The position numbers and the translations under genes were made by a program. This document shows, piece after piece, positions 10,500 to 20,478 of a stretch of 64,000 nt of DNA. Under the pieces are notes generated by a model. That model was not told the origin of the DNA and did no database searches. It saw only the letters and a program-made list of their open reading frames with translations. This stretch comes from Oligoflexia bacterium (GTDB lineage Bacteria > Bdellovibrionota > UBA1018): the NCBI GenBank assembly GCA_903895855.1, contig CAITVN010000238.1, forward strand, positions 10,331 to 74,330. The letters are read 5' to 3'. Each line of letters starts with the position of its first letter. Position 1 is the stretch's first letter.

Positions 10500-10535
10500 G
10501 TGCTCAATAAAAATTTGAGCACAGAATTCAAATTA

Positions 10536-11297
10536 TTACAATGAAACAGACATGTCGCACGGATGAGTTTTTCCGGTAGCGTCTTCGCATCGAGTGATTG
10601 AAAAGTTACTAATCGTGAGTTTCGCACACATTTGCTCGGCCACGGCGACGTTGAATCCCCATTTGAGGGCGCCTTCGTTCTTGATGACTTTCTTCGTTGA
10701 ATTGCCCAATAAGAAGACTTCGGTGCCGTCTGTGCCCACAATACCTGCTGCGAGGCTGTTCGTCGTTTTCACTTTACCGCCAGCGGTTCCGTCGAGTTTG
10801 ATACTAGTACAGGCATCTTCATAACCACTGCCTGAGCACCCAAATGGAGTGCAAATACCAAAATAGACATTGAAAAAGCTGGCTTTCTTACTACCCCAGC
10901 CGCCTGAGGCTGAGAATGAAACTAAGTCGCCTGGCTTGACGGTGTAGCCTGTTGGAAAAGCGTAACTACCACTAGGGTCGTCGGTCGTCAGGCGATAGAA
11001 GGGTGTGTACTGTGACTGATCAAACGTGAGAAAAGACGGAGACCCTGGATTCACCACGAAGATAGTTCTTTTGCAAACTTGAACTCCTTCAGAAGTGAGC
11101 AGTGTTCCTGCGGTGTCTTTGCAGTTTTGTTCGAAATTTGGAGCTGCCGGAGTCACTTGTGCGGTAGTTGCCACGGGCGCTTGTGCCGCTACGGGTGGAG
11201 CGTCGGTGCCGCAGCCAACGAGAGTTGAAAGGGCTACGCCAACTGCAACCAGTGAGCTAATTGAATTAAACTTTGGCAATGTAATAAAGTTCTTCAT
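10536..11297 (-). CDS. Hypothetical Cys-rich lipoprotein
   Basis: Lipobox LVGC; Pro/Ala linker; several Cys. Confidence 0.65.
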   Translation of the reverse strand: MKNFITLPKFNSISSLVAVGVALSTLVGCGTDAPPVAAQAPVATTAQVTPAAPNFEQNCKDTAGTLLTSEGVQVCKRTIFVVNPGSPSFLTFDQSQYTPFYRLTTDDPSGSYAFPTGYTVKPGDLVSFSASGGWGSKKASFFNVYFGICTPFGCSGSGYEDACTSIKLDGTAGGKVKTTNSLAAGIVGTDGTEVFLLGNSTKKVIKNEGALKWGFNVAVAEQMCAKLTISNFSITRCEDATGKTHPCDMSVSL

Positions 11298-11600
11298 AGA
11301 GGCTAAGCTATTCGAGAAACATGCCAAGGCGAAGGCTGGGTGGTGAGCCCAGAGCCCTTATAAAGTGCTTGCAAAACAAGTAGTTACGCTACCTTGAAAA
11401 ACGACCTGTCAGAATTTCATGCGCTGATTGTCGAAGTTTTAGACAGTTAGGTAGAATATCTTCAGTGTCTCTTGAATGCTAAAAAGGCAAAAGTTGACCG
11501 AGAGTTGAGAGAATTCGATAAAATATCATTAACCAAATTGATCCCAAACTTTCTCAAGTGCTTTGGTCCGGGAACTGCCCAATTAAAGGTGGGAGCTTGT

Positions 11601-12362
11601 CTAATTGTGCGCATAAACATAGTAGTCCTCTATTTCAAGTATTTCGGTTCCCGGTCTTAACTTCAGTGAAGAAAGTCTCGGACTATCTTCGTCTATTTGT
11701 GAGTAAAAGACTCCGGGATGGAGGGCTGAAACTTCTGACAGGTACATCTTAGAATAGCCCATCTTTTGGTAGCCGCTCATCGTTGCCAAGCCCCAAGAGT
11801 TTAGATTTTGGCCAAATTTACTGAGGGCACCACAGGTCACATTCAGGTTATTGTGTTTCAATAAATAGAAAAAATTTTCTTCGTTTTTAGATTTTTCAAG
11901 AATGATGGGCCATATCGAGTTGCCAAAGATGTGAGTTCTGCTTCTGCCACTTGAGTTGATCTCCCACCAGGTTCTCATTTGTGACTCAGTCGTGCATCGA
12001 ACAAGGAGTGTTTGATTCGTCTTGGGTGGCATTTCTCTCAAATCGTTTTTATAGGTAATAGAGACAATTGCATCTGAATCTTTCTTGAGAACCGTTGTCC
12101 AGTCAGACTCTAAGGTAACCGAACGCGGAATTCTGAACCAAATTTCTTTTGCAGTGTAGTCTGACAGATTTCGAAAGGTGTTGGCAATTTTCTCAATCTC
12201 AGTTGCATTTGTTTGGTCGGCCGATATTCGAGCAAAATTGAATTTTGGCCACAGAGGCTCATTTTTCCAAAGATAAATTGAACCCCAAGGAAACCGAGTG
12301 ATCGAGCAAAAACTTTTTAAAAAACTATCTTCAGCATCTTGCCAATCATAGGATTGTGTCAT
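11601..12362 (-). CDS. Degenerate GNAT-like protein
   Basis: WGLATMSGYQKMGYS resembles GNAT motif A; visibly AT-richer than its neighbours; start uncertain. Confidence 0.5.
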   Translation of the reverse strand: MTQSYDWQDAEDSFLKSFCSITRFPWGSIYLWKNEPLWPKFNFARISADQTNATEIEKIANTFRNLSDYTAKEIWFRIPRSVTLESDWTTVLKKDSDAIVSITYKNDLREMPPKTNQTLLVRCTTESQMRTWWEINSSGRSRTHIFGNSIWPIILEKSKNEENFFYLLKHNNLNVTCGALSKFGQNLNSWGLATMSGYQKMGYSKMYLSEVSALHPGVFYSQIDEDSPRLSSLKLRPGTEILEIEDYYVYAHN

Positions 12363-12446
12363 TAATTGAGTGCCTCTTGATAGGTAGTGTTTCATAAAAA
12401 CCTTGGCAAAGGCCATCGAAATTGGCATGACAAATTACCTAATCCC

Positions 12447-13133
12447 ATGCCGCTAAAAATTCTTTTTCAAAATTCTGAGATCGTATTTGTTGATAAGCCA
12501 TCTGGCTTTCACGTGCATCCGCCTGAAGACTCGCGACACAAAATTCCTCAGGGCAAATCGTGTTTGCATTTGCTTCGAGACCAATTGGGTCAGTGGGTTT
12601 ATCCGTTTCATCGACTTGATGGAGCGACTTCGGGCGCATTGGGGTTTGCGCTGAGTTCAGAGGCCGCGGCAAAATGGTCGCTGCTTTGGCGAACTCCCGA
12701 GGTCACCAAAACTTACCTCTGTGTTGTTCGTGGTCGCATGAGTGAAAAGGTGACGATCGATTACCCACTCAAATCGCTCGAAACGGGCGAATTGAAAGAC
12801 TGTGTATCGGTATTTGACCCTCTGGCGTCGATCGAATTGCCGTTTGCCGTGGGTCGCTACCCGACTTCTCGCTACTCGCTGGTTAAAGTGCAAATCGAAA
12901 CCGGCCGCCAGCATCAGATTCGGCGACATGCTGCTCACATTTCACACCCGTTGATTGGCGATACCATTTACGGTGACGGCAAGCACAATCGATTTTTTAG
13001 ATCCCAATTTAATCAAAGTGAGCTTTATTTAAGGTCGTGGAAAATCGAGACCCCAGAGTTTTCGGTCACCGCCCCTTGGAAATCTCGTTGGCATCAGTGT
13101 TTTGACTTGTTTGGTCTGTGTGCCTTTAGGTAA
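12447..13133 (+). CDS. truC: RluA/TruC-family pseudouridine synthase
   Basis: VDKPSG, HRLD catalytic motif, TGRQHQIRRH, HPLIGD..YG; RYPTSRYSLV segment typical of TruC. Confidence 0.85.
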   Translation: MPLKILFQNSEIVFVDKPSGFHVHPPEDSRHKIPQGKSCLHLLRDQLGQWVYPFHRLDGATSGALGFALSSEAAAKWSLLWRTPEVTKTYLCVVRGRMSEKVTIDYPLKSLETGELKDCVSVFDPLASIELPFAVGRYPTSRYSLVKVQIETGRQHQIRRHAAHISHPLIGDTIYGDGKHNRFFRSQFNQSELYLRSWKIETPEFSVTAPWKSRWHQCFDLFGLCAFR

Positions 13134-13144
13134 GTGTATAGGCC

Positions 13145-14548
13145 ATGGCAACTTCAATCAATTCAGGCGATACGCACCGAAAACCTAGAACGATCATGGA
13201 ACCTTTCAAGATTAAGGTGGTCGACGACCTGCCGTTTCCGACCCGCGAAAGGCGAGAGGCGAACTTGCTTGAGGCAGGTTACAACCTCTTCTTGGTTAAA
13301 GCCCGTGAAGTGACTTTCGACTTCTTAACTGATTCAGGAACCACCGCAATGAGCGCCCAACAGTGGGGCGCTATGATGGTGGCCGACGAAAGCTACGCCG
13401 GCTCAAAGAGCTACGAAAAATTCGAAAAAGTCGTGAAAGACCTCACTGGTTATCAGTATTTGATTCCGACTCACCAAGGCCGGGCGGCCGAGCGGTTGCT
13501 CTTTTCGGCAAGACTCAAACCCGGAATGAAAATTCCATCAAATAATCATTTTGATACCACGCGAGCAAACATTGAACAGATGGGGGCTGAGGCCGTTGAT
13601 TTGGTCATCGAAGAGGGTAAAAATCCGGCGAGCACACACCCGTTTAAAGGAAACATCGATCTCGTAAAGCTTGATGAGTTCTGCCGGCTCAATCGCGATG
13701 TCATTCCGTTAGGAATGCTCACCATCACGAACAATACAGGTGGAGGTCAACCCGTTTCGCTTGAGAACATTCGCGGCGCTTCGGCGATCTACCGAAAGCA
13801 CCAGATTCCATTTATTCTCGATGCGTGTCGATTTGCTGAAAATAGTTATTTCGTTAAAGAGCGCGAGCCCGGCCAAAATGAGCGAACCGTAAAAGATATC
13901 GCCAAAGAGACTTTCGGACTGGCCGATGGTTGTATGATGAGCGCCAAGAAAGATGCACTAGTTAACATTGGCGGATTTATCGCCCTCAAAGCGAATGATT
14001 GGGTCGAAACCTTGCGTGGACTACTCATTCTCACCGAGGGGTTTCCGACGTACGGAGGCCTTGCCGCGCGCGACCTTGAAGCCATGGCTGTGGGCCTTGA
14101 AGAAGTCTTAGAAGAGCGGTATTTGGCTTACCGTATCGCCGTGAGTCGATACATGGCAAAAGGTCTTAACGACTTAGGCATTCCGACCGTGCAGCCAGCC
14201 GGCGGACACGCTGTTTACGTCGATGCCAAAGCATTTTTGCCTAAAATTCCGAGTGAGCAATACCCCGGGCAAGCCTTGGTGGTCGAATTTTATCGAACCC
14301 TAGGCATTCGCAGCTGTGAAATCGGCTCGGTCATGTTTGGTTCTTGGGCAAACGGCAAGTTTCAGCCTTCAGCGATGGAGCTAGTGCGACTGGCGTTTCC
14401 ACGCCGCGTCTATACTCAAAGTCATTTTGACTACATCATTGAGGGTATGGAAGAGGTAGTGGCCAATAAGTCTCAGATCAGGGGTCTGAAAATGGTTCAC
14501 ACCCCGCCTTTCTTGAGGCACTTCACAGCAAGGTTTGACTTGGCGTAA
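13145..14548 (+). CDS. tnaA: Tryptophanase (PLP beta-eliminating lyase)
   Basis: LTDSGT, PTHQGRAAE, SAKKD (PLP Lys); LRHFTA and EIG residues match tryptophanase rather than tyrosine phenol-lyase (LRFFTA/ERG). Confidence 0.9.
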   Translation: MATSINSGDTHRKPRTIMEPFKIKVVDDLPFPTRERREANLLEAGYNLFLVKAREVTFDFLTDSGTTAMSAQQWGAMMVADESYAGSKSYEKFEKVVKDLTGYQYLIPTHQGRAAERLLFSARLKPGMKIPSNNHFDTTRANIEQMGAEAVDLVIEEGKNPASTHPFKGNIDLVKLDEFCRLNRDVIPLGMLTITNNTGGGQPVSLENIRGASAIYRKHQIPFILDACRFAENSYFVKEREPGQNERTVKDIAKETFGLADGCMMSAKKDALVNIGGFIALKANDWVETLRGLLILTEGFPTYGGLAARDLEAMAVGLEEVLEERYLAYRIAVSRYMAKGLNDLGIPTVQPAGGHAVYVDAKAFLPKIPSEQYPGQALVVEFYRTLGIRSCEIGSVMFGSWANGKFQPSAMELVRLAFPRRVYTQSHFDYIIEGMEEVVANKSQIRGLKMVHTPPFLRHFTARFDLA

Positions 14549-14592
14549 TAGTTTCTTGATCTCAGTTACAACTGGTTGTAACCTACCGGCAT

Positions 14593-15219
14593 ATGTCAAA
14601 TTCAAGTTCGCTCGGGGCGTTGAGAAAACGGTTCTTTAGTTTGTTCGGAATTTTTCCATTAACAATCTATGTCGTCTTTCACCTTTGTAACAACCTATCA
14701 AGCCTTCAGGGACCTGAAGCCTTCAATGCTATTTACGACAAGAGTCGTGCCTCTCCAATCATCATTCCGATCATGATTTTGTTGATCTGGATTCCCATCA
14801 TGTTTCATGGAATCTATGGTCTGTCGTTGGCTTGGAAATCTCGTTATAGCCCAAGCCAATTTCCGTACTTTGAAAATTTGAAATACATTTTGCAAAGACT
14901 GAGTGGGATTGGACTGCTTCTTTTTATTCCCGCCCATTTGTTGAAAGCAAAAATTTTACCCACGCTTGATGGACACCCTGCAGACTTCGCACACATGGCC
15001 GAAGCGTTTTCTGAGCCTTTAACGTTAATCGTTTACATTCTTGGAGTGCTCGGTGTGGCTTATCACATTGGTAACGGCCTTTGGCAGTTTTCAATCGGTT
15101 GGGGCCTGACCGTCACTGAAGCGGCGATGAAAAAAATGCAAGTGGTTTCAATTCTCGTATTCTTGGCTATTTCAGCCATGGGTTATGCCGCCATTGGCGG
15201 CTTCTTGATGTCTCATTAG
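14593..15219 (+). CDS. sdhC: Succinate dehydrogenase/fumarate reductase cytochrome b558 subunit (type B, diheme)
   Basis: Five TMs; His ligands VFHL, FHGIYG, PAHL, YHIGNGLW; LQRLSG motif. Confidence 0.85.
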   Translation: MSNSSSLGALRKRFFSLFGIFPLTIYVVFHLCNNLSSLQGPEAFNAIYDKSRASPIIIPIMILLIWIPIMFHGIYGLSLAWKSRYSPSQFPYFENLKYILQRLSGIGLLLFIPAHLLKAKILPTLDGHPADFAHMAEAFSEPLTLIVYILGVLGVAYHIGNGLWQFSIGWGLTVTEAAMKKMQVVSILVFLAISAMGYAAIGGFLMSH

Positions 15220-15242
15220 AGACCTGATCAACTCAACGTCAT

Positions 15243-15851
15243 ATGAATACCAAAATGAGTCGACCTTGTCTTTCGGTGCTTACTGGGCTTCTCGCTTTTC
15301 AAGTGCTATCCGCTATGGGTGTGGCTCAAGCAGAAGACCAACCGGTTGCTTCTGCAGCCCCGATTGCGTCGCCCACGGTGTCGCAGCCGCCGGTCACCGA
15401 GCGGCTGATTGTTTCAGAGTTTGATGCGAGTTCGAGGTCTAGTTTACGCTACAAGGCCGGTGCCAGTTCTGAGTTTTGGGTCATCGCCGGATACCACAGA
15501 ACCTTAGTTGAAAGTCTTCAAGCATCAGCTCGAATTTTTCTTGATTTCGCAGAGACCATGACCATTTTTGATCTGGTTCTTGGACCCACCTTAAATTTTC
15601 CAGTTTTTGGTGCGGCACATGAGGGGCCTGAAAATTCTTTCTTTCTTTCGTTCGGCGCTGGCATTCGGTGCGAAAAGGCACCAAAAGCAACTCAGTATGG
15701 GTTTTCTTATTCGGTTGAGACCGGTAAGCGGTTCACGGTAACGAAAAGTATCAATTACAAGCCAGAGTTTCGAATTACCGGCAATACAATTTCGACAAAT
15801 GGCCCAGATGTTGATTTTATTCCGCTTCAATTTTCCTTTTTTTGGGAATAG
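15243..15851 (+). CDS. Small outer-membrane beta-barrel protein
   Basis: Signal peptide AQA; beta-strand pattern; aromatic C-terminus LQFSFFWE. Confidence 0.55.
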   Translation: MNTKMSRPCLSVLTGLLAFQVLSAMGVAQAEDQPVASAAPIASPTVSQPPVTERLIVSEFDASSRSSLRYKAGASSEFWVIAGYHRTLVESLQASARIFLDFAETMTIFDLVLGPTLNFPVFGAAHEGPENSFFLSFGAGIRCEKAPKATQYGFSYSVETGKRFTVTKSINYKPEFRITGNTISTNGPDVDFIPLQFSFFWE

Positions 15852-15891
15852 TCTTCTACAAAAGAAGACTCCTTTGGAGGGGAGTAGGACC

Positions 15892-16542
15892 ATGAGTAAA
15901 AATCACACGCATGTGACAGTGTTGGGTATTATTTTCGCGGCAGCAGTGCAATTTATTGGAATTGCTCACGCAGACCAAGTGTCGGCAAAGTTAACAGCCG
16001 AAATCGCAAAAGTGACGACTAATTATCCATCAGGATACAAAGCTAGTATTTCAACGGTGTTTACCTCAGAAGCAAGAAATGTGATGGATAAAATCACGTA
16101 TACTGACAATCAAGGGCAAGAGCTTGAGTACACAATCGAAGAAATTCGAAAAGGTGTCGTATTGTTACATTCGCTAGGTAAAGATCTTGTGCGCTTGAAG
16201 GGCTCAGATTTTCAAGCTGATCGCGGCGGACCCCTTAATCTTGTTTTCTATCGCACATTCTTTGGTGGCGACATTAGACAAGCTGAGTTCGAGTTCGCAC
16301 CTGAAGGTGAAGCGGCTTGGAACGCTTACACACACGATACCGGTAATCGCGATCATTTTGATGGCCTGAACATCACCATCTATAAGAAGATTGGTATTCC
16401 GTCTGGCATTTCAAAAGTTAGCCTCGCAATGGGCGAAACGACTGTGCGAGATTATAACCCGACCGAACTTCCCGCTGCGACCGATTCTTTGCTAGACAGC
16501 ATTTGGACAGGTCCAGGAGCTGTTTGGTTTCCTGGTTTATAA
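15892..16542 (+). CDS. Hypothetical secreted protein
   Basis: GGAG RBS, signal peptide ending AHA. Confidence 0.65.
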   Translation: MSKNHTHVTVLGIIFAAAVQFIGIAHADQVSAKLTAEIAKVTTNYPSGYKASISTVFTSEARNVMDKITYTDNQGQELEYTIEEIRKGVVLLHSLGKDLVRLKGSDFQADRGGPLNLVFYRTFFGGDIRQAEFEFAPEGEAAWNAYTHDTGNRDHFDGLNITIYKKIGIPSGISKVSLAMGETTVRDYNPTELPAATDSLLDSIWTGPGAVWFPGL

Positions 16543-16705
16543 TCAAACGCTCATAGAAAGTGATCAGTTTAAGTGGGGCCGAGTGACAATTGAATTTGTT
16601 GCTCGGCCCCATTCACTTTAGTCGCAGTCTATCTACTAGGGGCAGGGCAAGTGCACCTACTTTACAGCCATGCGACAAGAGTCTCGATCGGGCCGTTATC
16701 GGTCA

Positions 16706-17752
16706 TTACTCAAGAAGCTTATTGACGACAGCGAAGTCTCCATCAAAAGTTGAAATTTCTTTAGTCCACAAGAAGTCTGGGCGATCGCTCGTTAGCCAGT
16801 CGCCGCCCACAATGCGGCCTTCACCGTCAAGGTCGAGACTGTAACGATAAATCTTTTCTGAACGTTGAAATTCTTTAGTGCCGATCACTGACTGCCAAAG
16901 TGGTTCGTCGAGCTCGTCGGTATAAATCATTTTGGTCTCGACTACGATTTTCTTGCTAGTGCGACTCACGATTTTCGATTCGAATCCGTAGACGGGATTG
17001 TTCCACACTTCTTTGAAGCGAGAAATGTCTGCAATAAAGGCTTTTTTCTGTATCCCGATGCGATTGGTAATGACCATGTGAAACGCGCCTGCGTTCACGT
17101 CTTCGCAGGATTTGATAAATGAAAGGTGGTTGAATGAGCACCGTCGGCCCATGAAATTAACCGGTGATTCTGAAACCCAAGCATAGTAGTAACTCATGAG
17201 TGCCTTGATGTCAGATGATCCAAAGCTAACTCTGATTCCGTCTGCGCTGACCATGTCTCTAGGAGCTGGCTCGCGGTGATTGATTGAAGCTGGCGACCAC
17301 CCATTACAGATGCCGTTCCATGACTTGTCATGAGGCGAAACTTTGCTCCACACTTTTTTAACCGTCGGATAGTCAAATCGTCCGTTCATGATGTCGAGTT
17401 TTTCAGCCGGTGATAGCATTTCAATCGCTTGTGCCGATGCGGCCTTGGCCTCGTCGCGGGTCATGAGGTGGTACTTAAACCCGGCAGGGTTTTCTGGGTT
17501 ATGCCATCGCCTTGCGATGCCACCTTGAACATTCGGCCAATAGGTGTCTGACCAAGGAATCATGCTTTCGTCGACCGAGCCTGAAAGCGGCAAAGCGTCG
17601 AAGTGGGCCTCTTGGTTGTCACCATCAATAATACTCGGCGAATTGGCTGCGTCCCAGGCATCATCAACTTCAGCACCGAATGCTCTTACAGAAAAGCTAC
17701 CGGTGTACATACACAAGAATGACATACCTACTAAGAATTGATTGAATTTCAT
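16706..17752 (-). CDS. Transglutaminase-elicitor (GP42-like) family secreted protein
   Basis: IPWSDTYWP, LSPAEKLD, WNGICNGW (catalytic Cys), NAGAFH, EVWNNPV, GGDW..RPDFLW. Confidence 0.8.
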   Translation of the reverse strand: MKFNQFLVGMSFLCMYTGSFSVRAFGAEVDDAWDAANSPSIIDGDNQEAHFDALPLSGSVDESMIPWSDTYWPNVQGGIARRWHNPENPAGFKYHLMTRDEAKAASAQAIEMLSPAEKLDIMNGRFDYPTVKKVWSKVSPHDKSWNGICNGWSPASINHREPAPRDMVSADGIRVSFGSSDIKALMSYYYAWVSESPVNFMGRRCSFNHLSFIKSCEDVNAGAFHMVITNRIGIQKKAFIADISRFKEVWNNPVYGFESKIVSRTSKKIVVETKMIYTDELDEPLWQSVIGTKEFQRSEKIYRYSLDLDGEGRIVGGDWLTSDRPDFLWTKEISTFDGDFAVVNKLLE

Positions 17753-18123
17753 ATTTTACCCCTTTTTTTGATTTCATTGAATTGGTTAACTTCAAACCTG
17801 TAGTAAGCTCTTTTATTGAACTCAACTAGATTGAACTGCTTAAACTTGGGGGGGCAAAGTTTACGAATGGTAAACGGTCGGTGGGGGGGGCTTGAACTGC
17901 GCAAAAGGCGTATGTAACACAACCACTGTAAATCGAAGTGATCTCCTCTGTTGTTCTGGTAGGGTGTTCTGGTTGGGGCTTTTTGGGTAGCTGAACGCTT
18001 TCGCATGGTTGCAGTTTACTAAACCTAAACTATCGTCGCATGCAATTTACTACGAGAATCTAGCTATAAATTCTGCTAAAAGTTACCTGTCAGACAAGAA
18101 GACAAAAAAAGAAAGAGGATTAT

Positions 18124-18702
18124 ATGAAAACGAGTGATGTGTTTGTTGGTTTGTGTTCATTAGTCGTGGCAGCGATGTTGGGTGCCGTGCCTGCGATGGC
18201 AGACCCTGTAGTTGAAAATATAAACGGCGTTTCAGGTCGTTTTGAAAATGCCACGTGTTCTGGCGCCTATTATATGACCATGAGTGCGGCTGAAAGAATG
18301 GAAGACCCGGCCTGTGAATTTAAAAAACCTGACGGCAGTGAAGACCTCGAAGCCAATAGAATTTGCATGATTAATTTTCTGAAGAAAAATGCGAAGCCAG
18401 CTCCCGCAGCGGTGCTGACTGTACAGGCAGTGACTGGCACCAAAGAATTTATGGTTAACATTGTAGAAGACGGTCGGTCTGTCTTATCGTCGCGAAGAAT
18501 CGGCTATCACGGTGATGCCGAAAATGGAATCACCCTGATTTTTGATCGCGTTGGATTTACCGAAGGTGACAAGTATTCAATGGAAATCGGCCTCGTGCGT
18601 GAAGGATTTGCCGATATGGCCAGTGTGCCGGTCAATCGTCGATTTCTTGCTGACCGGTTGTACTTTTTTCCGAATGGCTGCTCACTCAAGTGGGTTGAGT
18701 AG
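18124..18702 (+). CDS. Hypothetical secreted protein
   Basis: GAGG RBS; signal peptide ending AMA. Confidence 0.65.
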   Translation: MKTSDVFVGLCSLVVAAMLGAVPAMADPVVENINGVSGRFENATCSGAYYMTMSAAERMEDPACEFKKPDGSEDLEANRICMINFLKKNAKPAPAAVLTVQAVTGTKEFMVNIVEDGRSVLSSRRIGYHGDAENGITLIFDRVGFTEGDKYSMEIGLVREGFADMASVPVNRRFLADRLYFFPNGCSLKWVE

Positions 18703-18725
18703 TTAGCAGTCGGAAACGACCAGCC

Positions 18726-19256
18726 TCAGGCAGAAAACTCAGAAGTGCTTGTCACTCGGGCAAAGTTTGAAATGATGTGAGTAGCGCTGGTGTGGAGGTT
18801 TGCCTCTGAGAGGCCGCCACCAGACTTACTATTTGATGCATCCTGCACGAAGACCATCTTATTCCCGCGGTGATAACCGTCAATGATCGTCGAGATACAG
18901 CACATGGTAGAACCGTAACCAATGACAACGACTTCATGTTTAGCATCAGCACAGGTTTTCATGGCTTCGGCGAAAGTCTCTGCAGAGTAGCTTGAGTAGT
19001 TGTTTTTGATCACTTTCAGCTCTCGACCTTGTGGTTCGAAACCCGCCACAAAGTTTGACAGTTCGCTTTTGTGGTTAAACAGGTCTCCTTCTTGTAAGTG
19101 CTGAACATGAATGATCTGCCAGTTTTCTGCTCTAGCTTTTTCTAGCACTATTTTCGCGTTGCTCAGGGAGGGGCCAATGGATTCAATTCTGAATGGCCTA
19201 CCTTCGGTTGTATATTCTTTTTGTATATCGATGACCACGAGAGTTTTATTTTTCAT
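18726..19256 (-). CDS. Isochorismatase-family cysteine hydrolase
   Basis: LVVIDIQ (Asp), VIKNNYSSY (Lys), GYGSTMCC (Cys) catalytic triad. Confidence 0.85.
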   Translation of the reverse strand: MKNKTLVVIDIQKEYTTEGRPFRIESIGPSLSNAKIVLEKARAENWQIIHVQHLQEGDLFNHKSELSNFVAGFEPQGRELKVIKNNYSSYSAETFAEAMKTCADAKHEVVVIGYGSTMCCISTIIDGYHRGNKMVFVQDASNSKSGGGLSEANLHTSATHIISNFARVTSTSEFSA

Positions 19257-20478
19257 TTTGTTTAGCTCCTTTTGTTAGAATGTTATTGGTGAGTTCTAAT
19301 AGCCAAGCGAGTCGCTCTGCGTAAGACTGGGTTAACATGAATTCTTTATTGGTGTGCATTCCGCCCCCATAGGGACCTACTCCAACTAGGAGCTGAATGC
19401 CAGTTTCTGACAAATTATTACCGTCGCTAGCATATCCCACACCTCGCCCCGTTATTTCGATGCCGACAGCGGAAGCACTTTGTTTTGCTAGCTCAAATAG
19501 TTCGTAAGTAGATTCAATCGGCATACCTGGAAGTTCGGCAAGAGACTCGATTGTAGATTTGGTGCCTTCGTTAAGAAGGTAATTGAATACAGATGAGTGG
19601 CTCCGAATGGTTTCAATTTGTGCCAGCACTTCGGTTAGGTCGGCAAGTTTTCTATATCGAATATCAATTGTGAGACTCGCTTGATCACAAACGATGTTGG
19701 GTTTCGCTCCGCCCTCAATTGTGCCAACATTTACGGTTAAACCGCGCTCAGGCTCACTCAAGGCTGAGATTTTGGCAATTTTATAACTCGCCTCGAGGCA
19801 GGCGTTGATTCCTTTCTCGGGTTCCAGGCCCGCATGCGCCGCTCGGCCGTAGACATTAAGTTTTAGCCAGCGGACGCCCGAGTGTTCCGTGACGACAGAG
19901 CCATCGCCAAGGCCCGGCTCGAAAACGAGTCCGTATTTGATTTTGACAGCTTGCTGCCGCAGAATTGCACGTGAATGAGTCGATCCAGTCTCCTCGTCAT
20001 CGTTCAATACTATGCGAACTTTCGACCTATGGTCTAGACTTTCGGCTGCCAGTAGGTTCAGCATCAAGATGATTCCCCCTTTCATATCGATGACGCCTGG
20101 GCCAGAAATTGTGGTGCCGATTTTTGTGAAGCTTTGAAATGGATTTTCCTTTTCAAAGACAGTGTCGAGATGGCCCACGAATAGTATCTCTGGTTGGGCC
20201 GTCGGAAAATCGAATGATAGTACCTTATTCTGGTCTCCTGCGTTGATGAGTGAAGTGGTATATCCTAGGGCTTCGAATTCATGAATGAGTATTGATCGAA
20301 CCCTATCCAGGCCCACAGCATTTCCAGTCCCTGAGTTGATGTTAACAATCTCTTCGAGTAGCGACTCCCACTTTGAATTGATAGAATTGGGCAGCGCTTG
20401 TGCTTCTAAAGTTAGTCCAGGCCAGAGACCGATTAACAAAAGTAACCATCGATACCAAGCCATTTTGCGTATCTTCAT
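19246..20478 (-). CDS. Secreted M20 metallopeptidase (glutamate carboxypeptidase-like)
   Basis: Signal peptide; GHLDTV, GVIDMKGG, DEETGS, FEP, AHAG, GGGMH motifs. Confidence 0.9.
   Translation of the reverse strand: MKIRKMAWYRWLLLLIGLWPGLTLEAQALPNSINSKWESLLEEIVNINSGTGNAVGLDRVRSILIHEFEALGYTTSLINAGDQNKVLSFDFPTAQPEILFVGHLDTVFEKENPFQSFTKIGTTISGPGVIDMKGGIILMLNLLAAESLDHRSKVRIVLNDDEETGSTHSRAILRQQAVKIKYGLVFEPGLGDGSVVTEHSGVRWLKLNVYGRAAHAGLEPEKGINACLEASYKIAKISALSEPERGLTVNVGTIEGGAKPNIVCDQASLTIDIRYRKLADLTEVLAQIETIRSHSSVFNYLLNEGTKSTIESLAELPGMPIESTYELFELAKQSASAVGIEITGRGVGYASDGNNLSETGIQLLVGVGPYGGGMHTNKEFMLTQSYAERLAWLLELTNNILTKGAKQNEK

Noticed and set aside
13145-14548. Tyrosine phenol-lyase call
   Set aside because: Diagnostic residues (SAKKD, EIG, LRHF) match tryptophanase
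17848-17910. GGCAAA-GTTTAC-GAATG-GTAAAC resembling the first stem of a c-di-GMP-I riboswitch
   Set aside because: Loop is not GNRA and the GACGCAAA junction and second stem do not follow; an Infernal search would be needed
18726-19256. Nicotinamidase PncA call
   Set aside because: Catalytic triad present but the PncA metal-binding motif is not evident
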